From the IMG/VR virus record IMGVR_UViG_3300042393_000213, positions 1-31,009 of that record: a stretch of DNA of 31,009 nt; one strand, given 5' to 3'. The position numbers and the translations under genes were made by a program. Of the stretch, positions 23,517 through 31,009 are shown piece by piece. The notes beneath the pieces are model-generated. The model saw nothing but the letters and a program-made list of their open reading frames with translations. It had not been told where the DNA came from and did not search any database. This DNA is from a virus (taxonomy: Duplodnaviria; Caudoviricetes). Position 1 is the first letter of the stretch, and each line of letters starts with the position of its first letter.

Positions 23517-24710
23517 TTAAAACATTGATATTTGATTTTGTGCTACATCTTTGTAAACTTCTGTTTTGAATTTTATAATTGATAAATCATCTTCTGACTT
23601 TTCACCAATATATTTATAACTTTTAGTAATTGATTCTTTAAATAATTTTATTCCTGTTGTAAATGTTATTTCACCATTTTCTTTTTTTTGCATCAAATTA
23701 ATATTAGATTTTTTAATTGATTCTACATCATTTGTTTGTCCAATTAATTTCCAATATTTTTTATTATATTCCATTCCTTTAAACAACGAAGGATTAGATG
23801 TTTTAATATATAAATCTTTATTATCGGTTAAATATAAAGAACCAAAATAATTTAATAATTTCATTCCAATACTTAATCCTTGAAAATCAGGTAAAACTAC
23901 CAATCTACTTATTCTATAAGCATTTTGTATTGTTCCGCTTGGCATTGGTAATATACCAATAAAACAACAAGGTTTATCATTAAAAGTTATTACATAACAT
24001 TTTGCTGCTTTGTTTAATTCTTCACTTAAATAATGATGTTGTTTGAATAAGTTCCAAGTTTCATATCTACATCGAAATATCTGAAGTTCAATTTTTGGTT
24101 GCCGAAGTGACGGCGCTATTTCAAGACGCCCTTTTGATGGTGAATAAATCCAATCAGGTTGTAACCATTCCATTATATCAAAATGACAAGATGCAAGAAC
24201 AATTTTTTTATTAGTTCTTCTAATATACTTCTGTAACGCATTAGACATAGCTTTAGCGACATCTCTATCTACTACTGATGTATATTCATCAATTAATATT
24301 ACTTCGTTTTCTGATGCACTTCCTACGATATAAGCAAGATTTGCCCTGTATTGTTCACCATTTGAAAGTGTATTGAAAGGTCTTAACCAAGTTGGAACAG
24401 AACTTAAACCCATAGCAGATAATAAAAATGTAGCATCTTTAGGTTCTAACCAATCAAAATTTGATATTAATGATTTAGAATTATCAAAATATGATTTATC
24501 CATTTCTTTTTTAAAATAGTTTTTTAATATAGTAGTTTTACCTGTACCACTTCCACCATAAACTACACCTATGTTCCATTCTTTAGGTAAATTTTCTAAA
24601 TTAGCTTCAACAATTACATTTGATTCGTTTTTGTTTTGTATATCAAATGCTTCATAGATATAATCTGTATATCTATCATTGTTTATTTTGTGTGTTAAAT
24701 TTATTTTCAT
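23517..24710 (-). CDS. ABC-type ATPase fused to GNAT (Mom-like) acetyltransferase
   Basis: GGSGTGKT, LSNGEQYR, VILIDE, ASCH; FKQHHYL, RISRLVVLPDFQGLSIG. Confidence 0.85.
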   Translation of the reverse strand: MKINLTHKINNDRYTDYIYEAFDIQNKNESNVIVEANLENLPKEWNIGVVYGGSGTGKTTILKNYFKKEMDKSYFDNSKSLISNFDWLEPKDATFLLSAMGLSSVPTWLRPFNTLSNGEQYRANLAYIVGSASENEVILIDEYTSVVDRDVAKAMSNALQKYIRRTNKKIVLASCHFDIMEWLQPDWIYSPSKGRLEIAPSLRQPKIELQIFRCRYETWNLFKQHHYLSEELNKAAKCYVITFNDKPCCFIGILPMPSGTIQNAYRISRLVVLPDFQGLSIGMKLLNYFGSLYLTDNKDLYIKTSNPSLFKGMEYNKKYWKLIGQTNDVESIKKSNINLMQKKENGEITFTTGIKLFKESITKSYKYIGEKSEDDLSIIKFKTEVYKDVAQNQISMF

Positions 24711-24712
24711 AA

Positions 24713-25486
24713 TTATAATATTCCTCTTAATACATATTGATTTAAATCTACTTCATCACTACCAAAGAAGTATTTATAGTTTGCTATACCTTGTTCTAAT
24801 TTTCTTTTACCACTTTCATAAAATTCATCACTACATTCAAATATTCCTATATCTAAACTACCTTTGTCTATTGCAACAAATACAAAATTATCTACACCAA
24901 ACATTTCACGATATAAATACGCTTGTAAATCATAACTATATTTTGATGCAGAATATCTAAATTCATTTAAACCTGTAGTAGTTTTTAAATCTACAATCAT
25001 ATTAGGTTTTAATATATCTGCTTTTGCTCTAAATGGTATTCCATCTATCATAGATATTGCAGGTACTTCAAAATGTGCTTTATTCATATAACTAACAGCT
25101 TCATCATTTCTTAATAGTGCATCTGCTAATCTTTCAGCATCTTTTACTTCTTTTGAAGTATAAACATCTAAACCTTGTTCTTTAGCTTCTTTGTACGCTT
25201 TTCCTGCCTTTGTTGCTACATCTACAATTACTAAATCATCTATCTTATGTGGTTCTAAAATCATAGTGTGAAATAATTTACCATCACGTAACGCTTGTGA
25301 TTCACCTGAACCATATTTAGTAACATACTTATATGTTTTAGGCGATTGTATCAGCATTTTTAAACTTGAACTACTTAAAGCGTTTTTACCAAGATAATCA
25401 TAATAAAAATTATCATCATACATATTATCTAGTAATTCTTGTTTGTCCCAAATTTTGTTATCTAATGTTTTAATTGTTGTTTCCAT
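24713..25486 (-). CDS. PD-(D/E)xK exonuclease VIII-like (DUF3799/RecE-like)
   Basis: LSSSSLK, GKLFHTMILEP, E..., KAD, VDLKTT, YDLQAYLY. Confidence 0.85.
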   Translation of the reverse strand: METTIKTLDNKIWDKQELLDNMYDDNFYYDYLGKNALSSSSLKMLIQSPKTYKYVTKYGSGESQALRDGKLFHTMILEPHKIDDLVIVDVATKAGKAYKEAKEQGLDVYTSKEVKDAERLADALLRNDEAVSYMNKAHFEVPAISMIDGIPFRAKADILKPNMIVDLKTTTGLNEFRYSASKYSYDLQAYLYREMFGVDNFVFVAIDKGSLDIGIFECSDEFYESGKRKLEQGIANYKYFFGSDEVDLNQYVLRGIL

Positions 25487-25673
25487 TTATTATTATTAAT
25501 TTTAAAATATAGTTATAAATACTTAATTCTCTTGTTGTACTGTTTATCATCTTGCTTAATTGATCTTCATTTAATAAACCTTGACCTGATAATAATTCAT
25601 CTACATATTGTTTTAATTCTCTATCTAAACCAAGTATTTTAGATTGTACTTTGATTAATGCGAGTTCATTCAT
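25470..25673 (-). CDS. Hypothetical protein
   Basis: ORF track; overlaps neighbours. Confidence 0.7.
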   Translation of the reverse strand: MNELALIKVQSKILGLDRELKQYVDELLSGQGLLNEDQLSKMINSTTRELSIYNYILKLIIINGNNN

Positions 25674-25882
25674 TATCTTATTTTTAAGTTATTTAAATTA
25701 AACATTGTTTCATCATAATTCAATACATCTTTTACTTCTTGTTCATACGTATCAGAGTAATTAAATTCAGTTCTTAATGCTTCTGTAATTTCTTCTAATT
25801 CGTGTTTAACATAAGTGTTTTCTACTTCTGCCATTAACCAAGTAATGTTTTCTAATCGTTCAATAATTTCTTGCTTTGTCAT
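25673..25882 (-). CDS. Hypothetical protein
   Basis: ORF track; TAATG coupling. Confidence 0.72.
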   Translation of the reverse strand: MTKQEIIERLENITWLMAEVENTYVKHELEEITEALRTEFNYSDTYEQEVKDVLNYDETMFNLNNLKIR

Positions 25883-25893
25883 AGTGTTTATTT

Positions 25894-26010
25894 TTAAATT
25901 AAGCTAGCGTTTAATAGTCTTATTATTTCTATAAATTTTTCTTTTGTTATTTCTTTTTTATCTAATGCATTTAAAAGAAATTGTACTTGTTCTTGTGATA
26001 TTGTTTTCAT
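25894..26010 (-). CDS. Hypothetical 38-aa protein (MKTISQEQVQFLLNALDKKEITKEKF...), not in ORF track
   Basis: Hand translation; first ORF after promoter at 26043-26050. Confidence 0.62.
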   Translation of the reverse strand: MKTISQEQVQFLLNALDKKEITKEKFIEIIRLLNASLI

Positions 26011-26042
26011 TGTTTTTTTTTTTAATTGTTTAATTATATATG

Positions 26043-26104
26043 CAAATATAAACAAGTTATTTACAATAAAAAACTTTTTATTAAATTTTATGAAAACTTT
26101 AACA
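26043..26104 (-). promoter_or_regulatory. Bacteroidota primary-sigma promoter (TATATTTG 26043-26050) with TCATAAA/TGTTAAA boxes
   Basis: TAnnTTTG match downstream of terminator; shares ATGTTAAAGTTTT with the 932 promoter. Confidence 0.7.
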
Positions 26105-26107
26105 TAT

Positions 26108-26139
26108 AAAAAAAAGCTACCTTTTATTAGATAGCTTTT
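26108..26139 (-). terminator. Intrinsic terminator
   Basis: GCTATCT/AGGTAGC stem plus T8. Confidence 0.78.
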
Positions 26140-26251
26140 GAGTTATAATTTTTCTATAGACTTCATTAACGGATTCTTTATTGTTTCCACGTTTCCAAAG
26201 AAAATCCATTATTCTATTTATTCTTTGCAGGGGTGATTGTTTACTTTTCAT
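26117..26251 (-). CDS. Hypothetical 44-aa basic protein (MKSKQSPLQRINRIMDFLWKRG...), not in ORF track
   Basis: Hand translation; stop inside terminator. Confidence 0.65.
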   Translation of the reverse strand: MKSKQSPLQRINRIMDFLWKRGNNKESVNEVYRKIITQKLSNKR

Positions 26252-26426
26252 ATTGTTTTAATTTTTCTAAATATAAGATTAAATCCATAGCTTCTTCCTG
26301 AGCGTGTTGTAGCCATTCTAAGCGTGTTAAATCTGTTCTATCTAATGTTGTATTATATTTCTTTATTCCTACTTCAGAACGTTGTTTAAATTGTTCTATT
26401 ACTGATTCTACTATTGTATCTTTCAT
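26241..26426 (-). CDS. Small all-alpha protein, possibly MazG-like nucleotide pyrophosphatase fold
   Basis: GIKKYNTTLDR...WLQHAQEEAMD.ILY. Confidence 0.6.
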   Translation of the reverse strand: MKDTIVESVIEQFKQRSEVGIKKYNTTLDRTDLTRLEWLQHAQEEAMDLILYLEKLKQYEK

Positions 26427-26683
26427 TTAAATCTTTTTGAGTGTAATGTATATAATTCCATTGTTTTTTTTAAAGCATCGTATTCTGTAAATTCAACATC
26501 AATATTATTTTCTTTGTAATTGTGAACTTCTAACCTGTTTGATATTTGAAATTTAACTACTTTATATTTCTTTGTATATTGTATTGGCTGTATTACGTAT
26601 GCTAAATCATTTCTATTGCAAATATACATTGATTGTATTTCTGATTCTGTAGGTGAATAACTTGCTTCTTGCTTTTTAGTCAT
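26423..26683 (-). CDS. Hypothetical protein
   Basis: ORF track; overlaps neighbours. Confidence 0.72.
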   Translation of the reverse strand: MTKKQEASYSPTESEIQSMYICNRNDLAYVIQPIQYTKKYKVVKFQISNRLEVHNYKENNIDVEFTEYDALKKTMELYTLHSKRFK

Positions 26684-27035
26684 TTAATTTTAAAAATTCT
26701 GTTTCACCATATTCTTTAAACCATTCTTTGTTTTCTTTATATTTATCAATTACTGCATTTATAAATACTAATTCATCTATTGAACTTGTTTGAAGCTTCT
26801 TAATAATTGTTTCAATACTGTTTAAAATATTAGTTGTAGTTTCAGGGTCGGTATTGTAGATTATTTTATATTCGTTTCTTACTACTTCTTCTAAATCTTT
26901 ATTTAAGCTGTTTATCTTGTGTTTTATTTGCTGTTTGTATTGTGTTGTAAAAAATAAACTTTCGTTTGCTTCTAACAATAATTGACTTAATAAAACGCTT
27001 TTTAAATATTCTTGTTGTATTATATTGTTTTCCAT
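26676..27035 (-). CDS. Hypothetical helical protein
   Basis: ORF track. Confidence 0.72.
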   Translation of the reverse strand: MENNIIQQEYLKSVLLSQLLLEANESLFFTTQYKQQIKHKINSLNKDLEEVVRNEYKIIYNTDPETTTNILNSIETIIKKLQTSSIDELVFINAVIDKYKENKEWFKEYGETEFLKLND

Positions 27036-27421
27036 TGTTTTGCTTTTGTTATTTCTAAATATGCTACTTCTTTTTCTATTTTGTTTGTATTGTAAAATTG
27101 TGTTGTTGCAGGGTTTTTAAAATTAGTTTCCCATTCTGGTATAATAATGTTTAAATTAAAAGAATAAATACCTTTAGGAGTTGAATTAAAATACATTGGC
27201 GTATCTAAATGCTTTTCACATTCTTCTTTCATCGCATCGTACTTTTTCTTTTCTAGCAATAAAGTATTATAATGTGTTTTTCTACATTTAAGTTCTAAGC
27301 GATGTCCTGAGGCGGGACTATAACAATCCCACCTAGACATTTGATTTTTCGCTTTAACTAAATCAGGGTAAACATTTTCTTTTAACCAATTAAATAAATC
27401 AGATTCTTTCCAATTATTCAT
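27020..27421 (-). CDS. Putative PD-(D/E)xK endonuclease
   Basis: E...WDCY...LELKCR...LLEKKKYD. Confidence 0.62.
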   Translation of the reverse strand: MNNWKESDLFNWLKENVYPDLVKAKNQMSRWDCYSPASGHRLELKCRKTHYNTLLLEKKKYDAMKEECEKHLDTPMYFNSTPKGIYSFNLNIIIPEWETNFKNPATTQFYNTNKIEKEVAYLEITKAKQWKTI

Positions 27422-27791
27422 TAATTTTATATTCGTTGTAAACTTTTCTTAATTCTTCTATTTTACCCGCCCAACAAGAACCGCAAGAACTTAGCTGTAA
27501 TCTGTAATTAAACACATTGTAATAAATTTCAGATATTGTATTTTGTTCTTCTGCTGTTAATGAACTCTTTTTAGGGTCTATTAATTCAGTTAAAGAATTA
27601 TAATCTTTTTCAGTTAAACAATTAACAGTTCTACTATATGAAAATAGTTCGTTTAATTTAGTTTTACGTTCATCACAACCACAATCAATACCTGTAGCTT
27701 TGCTAAATAATTCCACTGCTTTTTTAATTCCTGTTGCTTCTGTGATTTGTTCTATTGTATCACCTAAACCTTTTGCTTTTTTTGTAGCCAT
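27414..27791 (-). CDS. Hypothetical protein with CGC and CGSC motifs
   Basis: KGLGDTIEQIT.ATGIKK...DCGCDERK.KLN. Confidence 0.75.
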   Translation of the reverse strand: MATKKAKGLGDTIEQITEATGIKKAVELFSKATGIDCGCDERKTKLNELFSYSRTVNCLTEKDYNSLTELIDPKKSSLTAEEQNTISEIYYNVFNYRLQLSSCGSCWAGKIEELRKVYNEYKINE

Positions 27792-27802
27792 AATTTTAAT
27801 TT

Positions 27803-28345
27803 TTAATAAATGTTATTGTAATCGTTTGTTATATAATCTTGGTAATGTTTTTCAAATTTGTTTTTAAGTATTTCTTTGTAGTTTTTAATGCTATGAAATA
27901 TTGAAATTAAACTAATATTAGTTTCACTTGCAATATCACGCATTGACATATCTGTATCTCTGTAAAGTTTAAATAACTTTTTATCGTACCAATGCCAATT
28001 ATCTATTTCTTCATCAATCATTAAACATATATCATTATAAGCTTTGTGTTCTTCTATATTTGAATCATCAAATAGTTCCCAACAACCATCAAAAGACACT
28101 TTATTTACTAGCTTCTTTTTATTGTAATACTGATAAAATAAAGATCGTAATGTAAAAAACATATAACCTTTACGTACATTACCATTATCATCAATTAACT
28201 TTTCTGCATTTGCATACTTCATTAAAGCAATATAAGATTCTTGTACTATATCTTCTGCGAAATCATATTCACCAAGCTTTTGGATTGTTTTAATCCATTC
28301 TTTATGATGTTTAGCTACTTTTTCAAGCCATTTGAAGTTGTCCAT
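27803..28345 (-). CDS. Phage-encoded ECF-like sigma-70 factor
   Basis: Region 2-like AEDIVQESYI...GYMFFTLRSLF; region 4 HTH SMRDIASETNISLISIFHSIK. Confidence 0.82.
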   Translation of the reverse strand: MDNFKWLEKVAKHHKEWIKTIQKLGEYDFAEDIVQESYIALMKYANAEKLIDDNGNVRKGYMFFTLRSLFYQYYNKKKLVNKVSFDGCWELFDDSNIEEHKAYNDICLMIDEEIDNWHWYDKKLFKLYRDTDMSMRDIASETNISLISIFHSIKNYKEILKNKFEKHYQDYITNDYNNIY

Positions 28346-28539
28346 AAAAAGTTAAATGATATAAATAATATTACTATTTGAATTGTGTGATCTGTTTCAA
28401 TATCATATACATCATCATTATATAAAGCACCAAACATTACTCCTTTAATTGGCGTTATAATAACATCGCATTCAAAAAAACTTGTTGCTAAAAATACTAA
28501 TGCTAAAATAATTACTAATGCTACTGTAAATAATTCCAT
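28315..28539 (-). CDS. Small membrane protein
   Basis: N-terminal TM helix and hydrophobic C-terminus. Confidence 0.7.
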   Translation of the reverse strand: MELFTVALVIILALVFLATSFFECDVIITPIKGVMFGALYNDDVYDIETDHTIQIVILFISFNFLWTTSNGLKK

Positions 28540-28540
28540 A

Positions 28541-28837
28541 CTATAAACTTTTAATTGTTAAAAATGCTTCTTTTTTTTCTGTTGTTACTTCTTTAATTTT
28601 AAAATTTACATTAATGTTAGTTAGTTCTGAATCTTGATTTTTTAACAGATTCATTATATTTTCAATTTCTAACCAATTATACTTTGAATCCATTTCTACT
28701 AATTGCCGTAAATATATTAACTTTTCTGTTAAGTCTTTAAAATAACTTATTAACATTTTATTATCTGAATTTAATACTAGCATTCGTGTTGCAGAAGTAT
28801 GTAATTCTTCTAAGTGTGTTTTAATTGTTGTTTGCAT
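28541..28837 (-). CDS. Hypothetical protein
   Basis: ORF track; tight packing. Confidence 0.72.
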   Translation of the reverse strand: MQTTIKTHLEELHTSATRMLVLNSDNKMLISYFKDLTEKLIYLRQLVEMDSKYNWLEIENIMNLLKNQDSELTNINVNFKIKEVTTEKKEAFLTIKSL

Positions 28838-28840
28838 TGT

Positions 28841-29704
28841 TTATTGTTTTATAAATGAAAAAATATGTTCTATTATTGGTAAAGTCCAACCATCACCTAA
28901 TAAACTACCTGCTTTTTCAGTAGTCAAAATATCACAATAGTTATCAGGAAATCCTTGTAACCTACACATTTCAGTTTTATTAAATGCTCTTAATAAATTA
29001 TCTTCTTTAACTACAGTATATGAACCAAATTCAACCCTTTCTTTTAAATACCTTTGTATAGCATCGTGACTTTTAGGTATTGCACCAATATATCTTTCAA
29101 TTAAACACCTGCTTTTGATTCTATCTACTTCACCACTTGTAATAATATCTTTTAATAACATAGCTTTATCTTTAGGTTGTGGTATATCTGTAACAATATC
29201 ACCGAACATACCATCTTGTTTTGTTTTTATATTAGTCCAATAGTATCTATCACGTAATTGAGCTGTTACAAGTGAACTATTAATTCTTACAGGGTAAACT
29301 CCTAATGCTCTTGACATAATACCTACATCTTCTTTTCTTGCACTACCAACATTTTCTTGCAAAAATAAAACTTTTGAATTAAATGATTTTATATGTTCTA
29401 ATATTTCTACAAATGTAAAAAACAAACTACTTTTACTTCCGTTAATGCCAGCACGTTTGCCTGCCGCACTTAAATCTTGACAAGGTGAACCTGATAAAAC
29501 TAAATCAATACTTTTCCAATCTATATTCCATTCACGCCATTTAGTAACATCACCTAGTTGTATTGTATCAGGAAAATGATATTGTGTTAATTCAATAGCA
29601 TAAGGTTTAATTTCGCTCGAATAATATTTGTTTACTTTGATGCCTACATTTTCTAATGCTTGGCGTCCTGTATTCATTCCGTTAAATAATGATAGTACAT
29701 TCAT
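28841..29704 (-). CDS. Orphan DNA (cytosine-5)-methyltransferase
   Basis: Motif I SLFNG, IV GSPCQ, VI ENV, VIII QLRDR, IX RLQGFP, X LGDGW. Confidence 0.92.
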   Translation of the reverse strand: MNVLSLFNGMNTGRQALENVGIKVNKYYSSEIKPYAIELTQYHFPDTIQLGDVTKWREWNIDWKSIDLVLSGSPCQDLSAAGKRAGINGSKSSLFFTFVEILEHIKSFNSKVLFLQENVGSARKEDVGIMSRALGVYPVRINSSLVTAQLRDRYYWTNIKTKQDGMFGDIVTDIPQPKDKAMLLKDIITSGEVDRIKSRCLIERYIGAIPKSHDAIQRYLKERVEFGSYTVVKEDNLLRAFNKTEMCRLQGFPDNYCDILTTEKAGSLLGDGWTLPIIEHIFSFIKQ

Positions 29705-29705
29705 C

Positions 29706-30548
29706 TTAAAATATATCTTTTAATGGATCGTAAAAAGCGCCTTCAACTTGTGGTAAACCAAAACTATTAACTTTAAATGAAAAGTTTTCAAATGGTGCGT
29801 TTCTGCTTCGTTTACAAGATACTGTTACCAATCCTTTATTAATTGTATTTAATTCTAGCTGTATTTGTGTTTCTGCTTTTTTTTCTAAAAATGAACCTAA
29901 ATGACCTGTAGGTTTATCTGAACCAAAATTTGAGTGAATAACAGTAACTATATGGCAATTTAATTCTTTTGACCATTTCATTAACTTTTGTACTACAGCG
30001 TTTGATTCTTCAATGTTGTTTACATCGCTACATAAATCAGCAATACCATCAATAATAACTAAACCTATTTCTTTTGCTTCTAGTTTGTCGTAAAGATAAT
30101 ATTCAATAAAATCAATGCGTTCTTTAAATGATAATTGTCTTAATGCTAATGTATGATATTTGTCTGTTTTTAAAGCTATCATATCTAAAGGACGTTTAAA
30201 TACCATTTGTGCGTGAAAATTACCCTGTTCTGTATCGAAATGTATTAAGTGTTGATTTTCTCTATTCGCTTTTAAATCACCACAAAAAGATTCTAAATGT
30301 TCTGCTAGATAAATAGCAGATAATAAACTAACAAAAAATGTTTTCTTTGATTTTGGTGGTGCTTGAACAAAGCTAAAGTTTCCATAAGTTCCTAATGGTA
30401 CTGGGTATTCTTTTGAACCATCTTTTGTATCATAACTTTTTGTGCCAAATGATATTGCAGGTTTTGGGTATTCTATTTTTTCTAATGGATTTATTAAGCA
30501 ATCTTCTTCAAACATTTGCATTAATAATCTTTGTGCTTCTTTGTCCAT
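29706..30548 (-). CDS. AAA_25/RepA-like SF4 helicase domain protein (start likely 30548)
   Basis: Variant Walker A APPKSKKT, FDTEQ, VIIDGIADL, VIH, GHLGS.LEKKAET, SRN. Confidence 0.8.
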   Translation of the reverse strand: MDKEAQRLLMQMFEEDCLINPLEKIEYPKPAISFGTKSYDTKDGSKEYPVPLGTYGNFSFVQAPPKSKKTFFVSLLSAIYLAEHLESFCGDLKANRENQHLIHFDTEQGNFHAQMVFKRPLDMIALKTDKYHTLALRQLSFKERIDFIEYYLYDKLEAKEIGLVIIDGIADLCSDVNNIEESNAVVQKLMKWSKELNCHIVTVIHSNFGSDKPTGHLGSFLEKKAETQIQLELNTINKGLVTVSCKRSRNAPFENFSFKVNSFGLPQVEGAFYDPLKDIF

Positions 30549-30567
30549 ATTATTATTTTCTTGTTTT

Positions 30568-30594
30568 AAAAAAAGGGTAGCTTTTACACTACCC
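30568..30594 (-). terminator. Intrinsic terminator after ssb
   Basis: GGGTAG/CTACCC stem plus T7. Confidence 0.8.
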
Positions 30595-30602
30595 AATTAA
30601 AT

Positions 30603-30902
30603 TTAGAAAGGCAAATCATCACCTACTACTTCTTTAGTAGCAACATCATCTTTCTTTTCTCCTAGTTGAATTGTACCATTAGTCCAAATTACGTTACCAT
30701 TACCCAAATATGATTTAGGTTTTTTAGCTTCACGTTCTTCTTTAGTTTGTGAATCTGTTAAAGAAACATTTTGCCCCCATTGGTTAGATTCATCGTTTAC
30801 AGAAACAGTAAAGTTGTAATAAACAGCACCATCTTTACCTTGAACAAATTTTTCTTTTGGTAATTTGTCAACTCTTAAACTAACATTAATTAATGCACTC
30901 AT
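30603..30902 (-). CDS. ssb: Single-stranded DNA-binding protein-like
   Basis: Beta-rich body, YLGNG, acidic C-terminal DDLPF tail; follows erf across the circular junction. Confidence 0.72.
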   Translation of the reverse strand: MSALINVSLRVDKLPKEKFVQGKDGAVYYNFTVSVNDESNQWGQNVSLTDSQTKEEREAKKPKSYLGNGNVIWTNGTIQLGEKKDDVATKEVVGDDLPF

Positions 30903-31009
30903 ATTATTTATTTTTAAAATTTGCCTACTCTATATAGTTTTCAGCTTCCCTATTTTACTTTTAATAATTCATCTTTGACTACTTTAGTCATTTTATATTT
31001 GCCTTCAAT
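30883..31009 (+). repeat. Terminal direct repeat copy 2 (assembly overlap)
   Basis: Identical to 1-127. Confidence 0.95.

Larger units (their letters stand above)
1..31009 (-). mobile_element. Complete tailed dsDNA bacteriophage genome (siphovirus-like, probable Flavobacteriia host), 30,882 bp unit
   Basis: Terminase, portal, capsid, tail, tape measure, lysis and recombination genes; exact terminal overlap; genes on one strand. Confidence 0.95.

Noticed and set aside
26057-26065. DnaA-box-like TTATTTACA
   Set aside because: Single mismatched copy in AT-rich DNA; expected by chance
27020-29704. C5 methyltransferase and 133-aa nuclease as a restriction-modification pair
   Set aside because: Separated by four unrelated genes; orphan phage methyltransferases are common and nothing links the two
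39-30580. All plus-strand ORFs in the track (e.g. 39-305, 6537-6875, 12277-12567, 13231-13656, 18336-18638)
   Set aside because: They lie antisense to well-supported minus-strand genes and have shadow-like Ser/Phe/Leu composition with no motifs
30883-31009. Biological direct terminal repeat
   Set aside because: Length matches an assembler k-mer and it cuts through genes; better explained as circular overlap
1-31009. Stop-codon reassignment, diversity-generating retroelement, integrase/lysogeny module, tRNA genes
   Set aside because: Genes tile densely under code 11 using all three stops; no reverse transcriptase, recombinase, repressor or cloverleaf recognised by eye (tRNAscan and HMM searches not run)

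Overview
The window is an apparently complete, circularly assembled genome of a small, very AT-rich tailed dsDNA phage. Positions 1-127 repeat exactly at 30883-31009, giving a unit length of 30,882 bp. The host is most likely a Bacteroidota/Flavobacteriia bacterium, based on TAnnTTTG promoters, A-rich starts lacking Shine-Dalgarno sites and Bacteroidota-type fibre motifs. Essentially all credible genes are on the minus strand. In transcription order: NinG, ERF and SSB; an SF4/AAA_25 helicase, C5 DNA methyltransferase and phage sigma factor; nucleases, an ABC-ATPase/GNAT fusion, a DnaA-C-like HTH protein and small accessory genes; TerS/TerL; a tail block placed before the head block; protease, scaffold, capsid, major tail protein, portal and adaptor; fibres; holins, lysozyme and spanin. 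I saw no integrase, repressor, DNA polymerase, tRNA or CRISPR array. Main observations: (1) a five-copy fixed-spacing motif ACAA-N13-T(T/A)ATT upstream of late operons, a candidate promoter for the phage sigma factor; (2) a -1 frameshift at a T9 run in the tail chaperone gene with about 190 nt of dual coding; (3) an ABC-ATPase/Mom-like GNAT fusion with a possible nuclease partner, a candidate modification system; (4) 11-bp-phased boxes upstream of three early promoters; (5) a u-spanin-like lipoprotein, a portal-MuF-like fusion and 12 small ORFs missed by the ORF track. All family assignments come from motif recognition by eye, not database searches.
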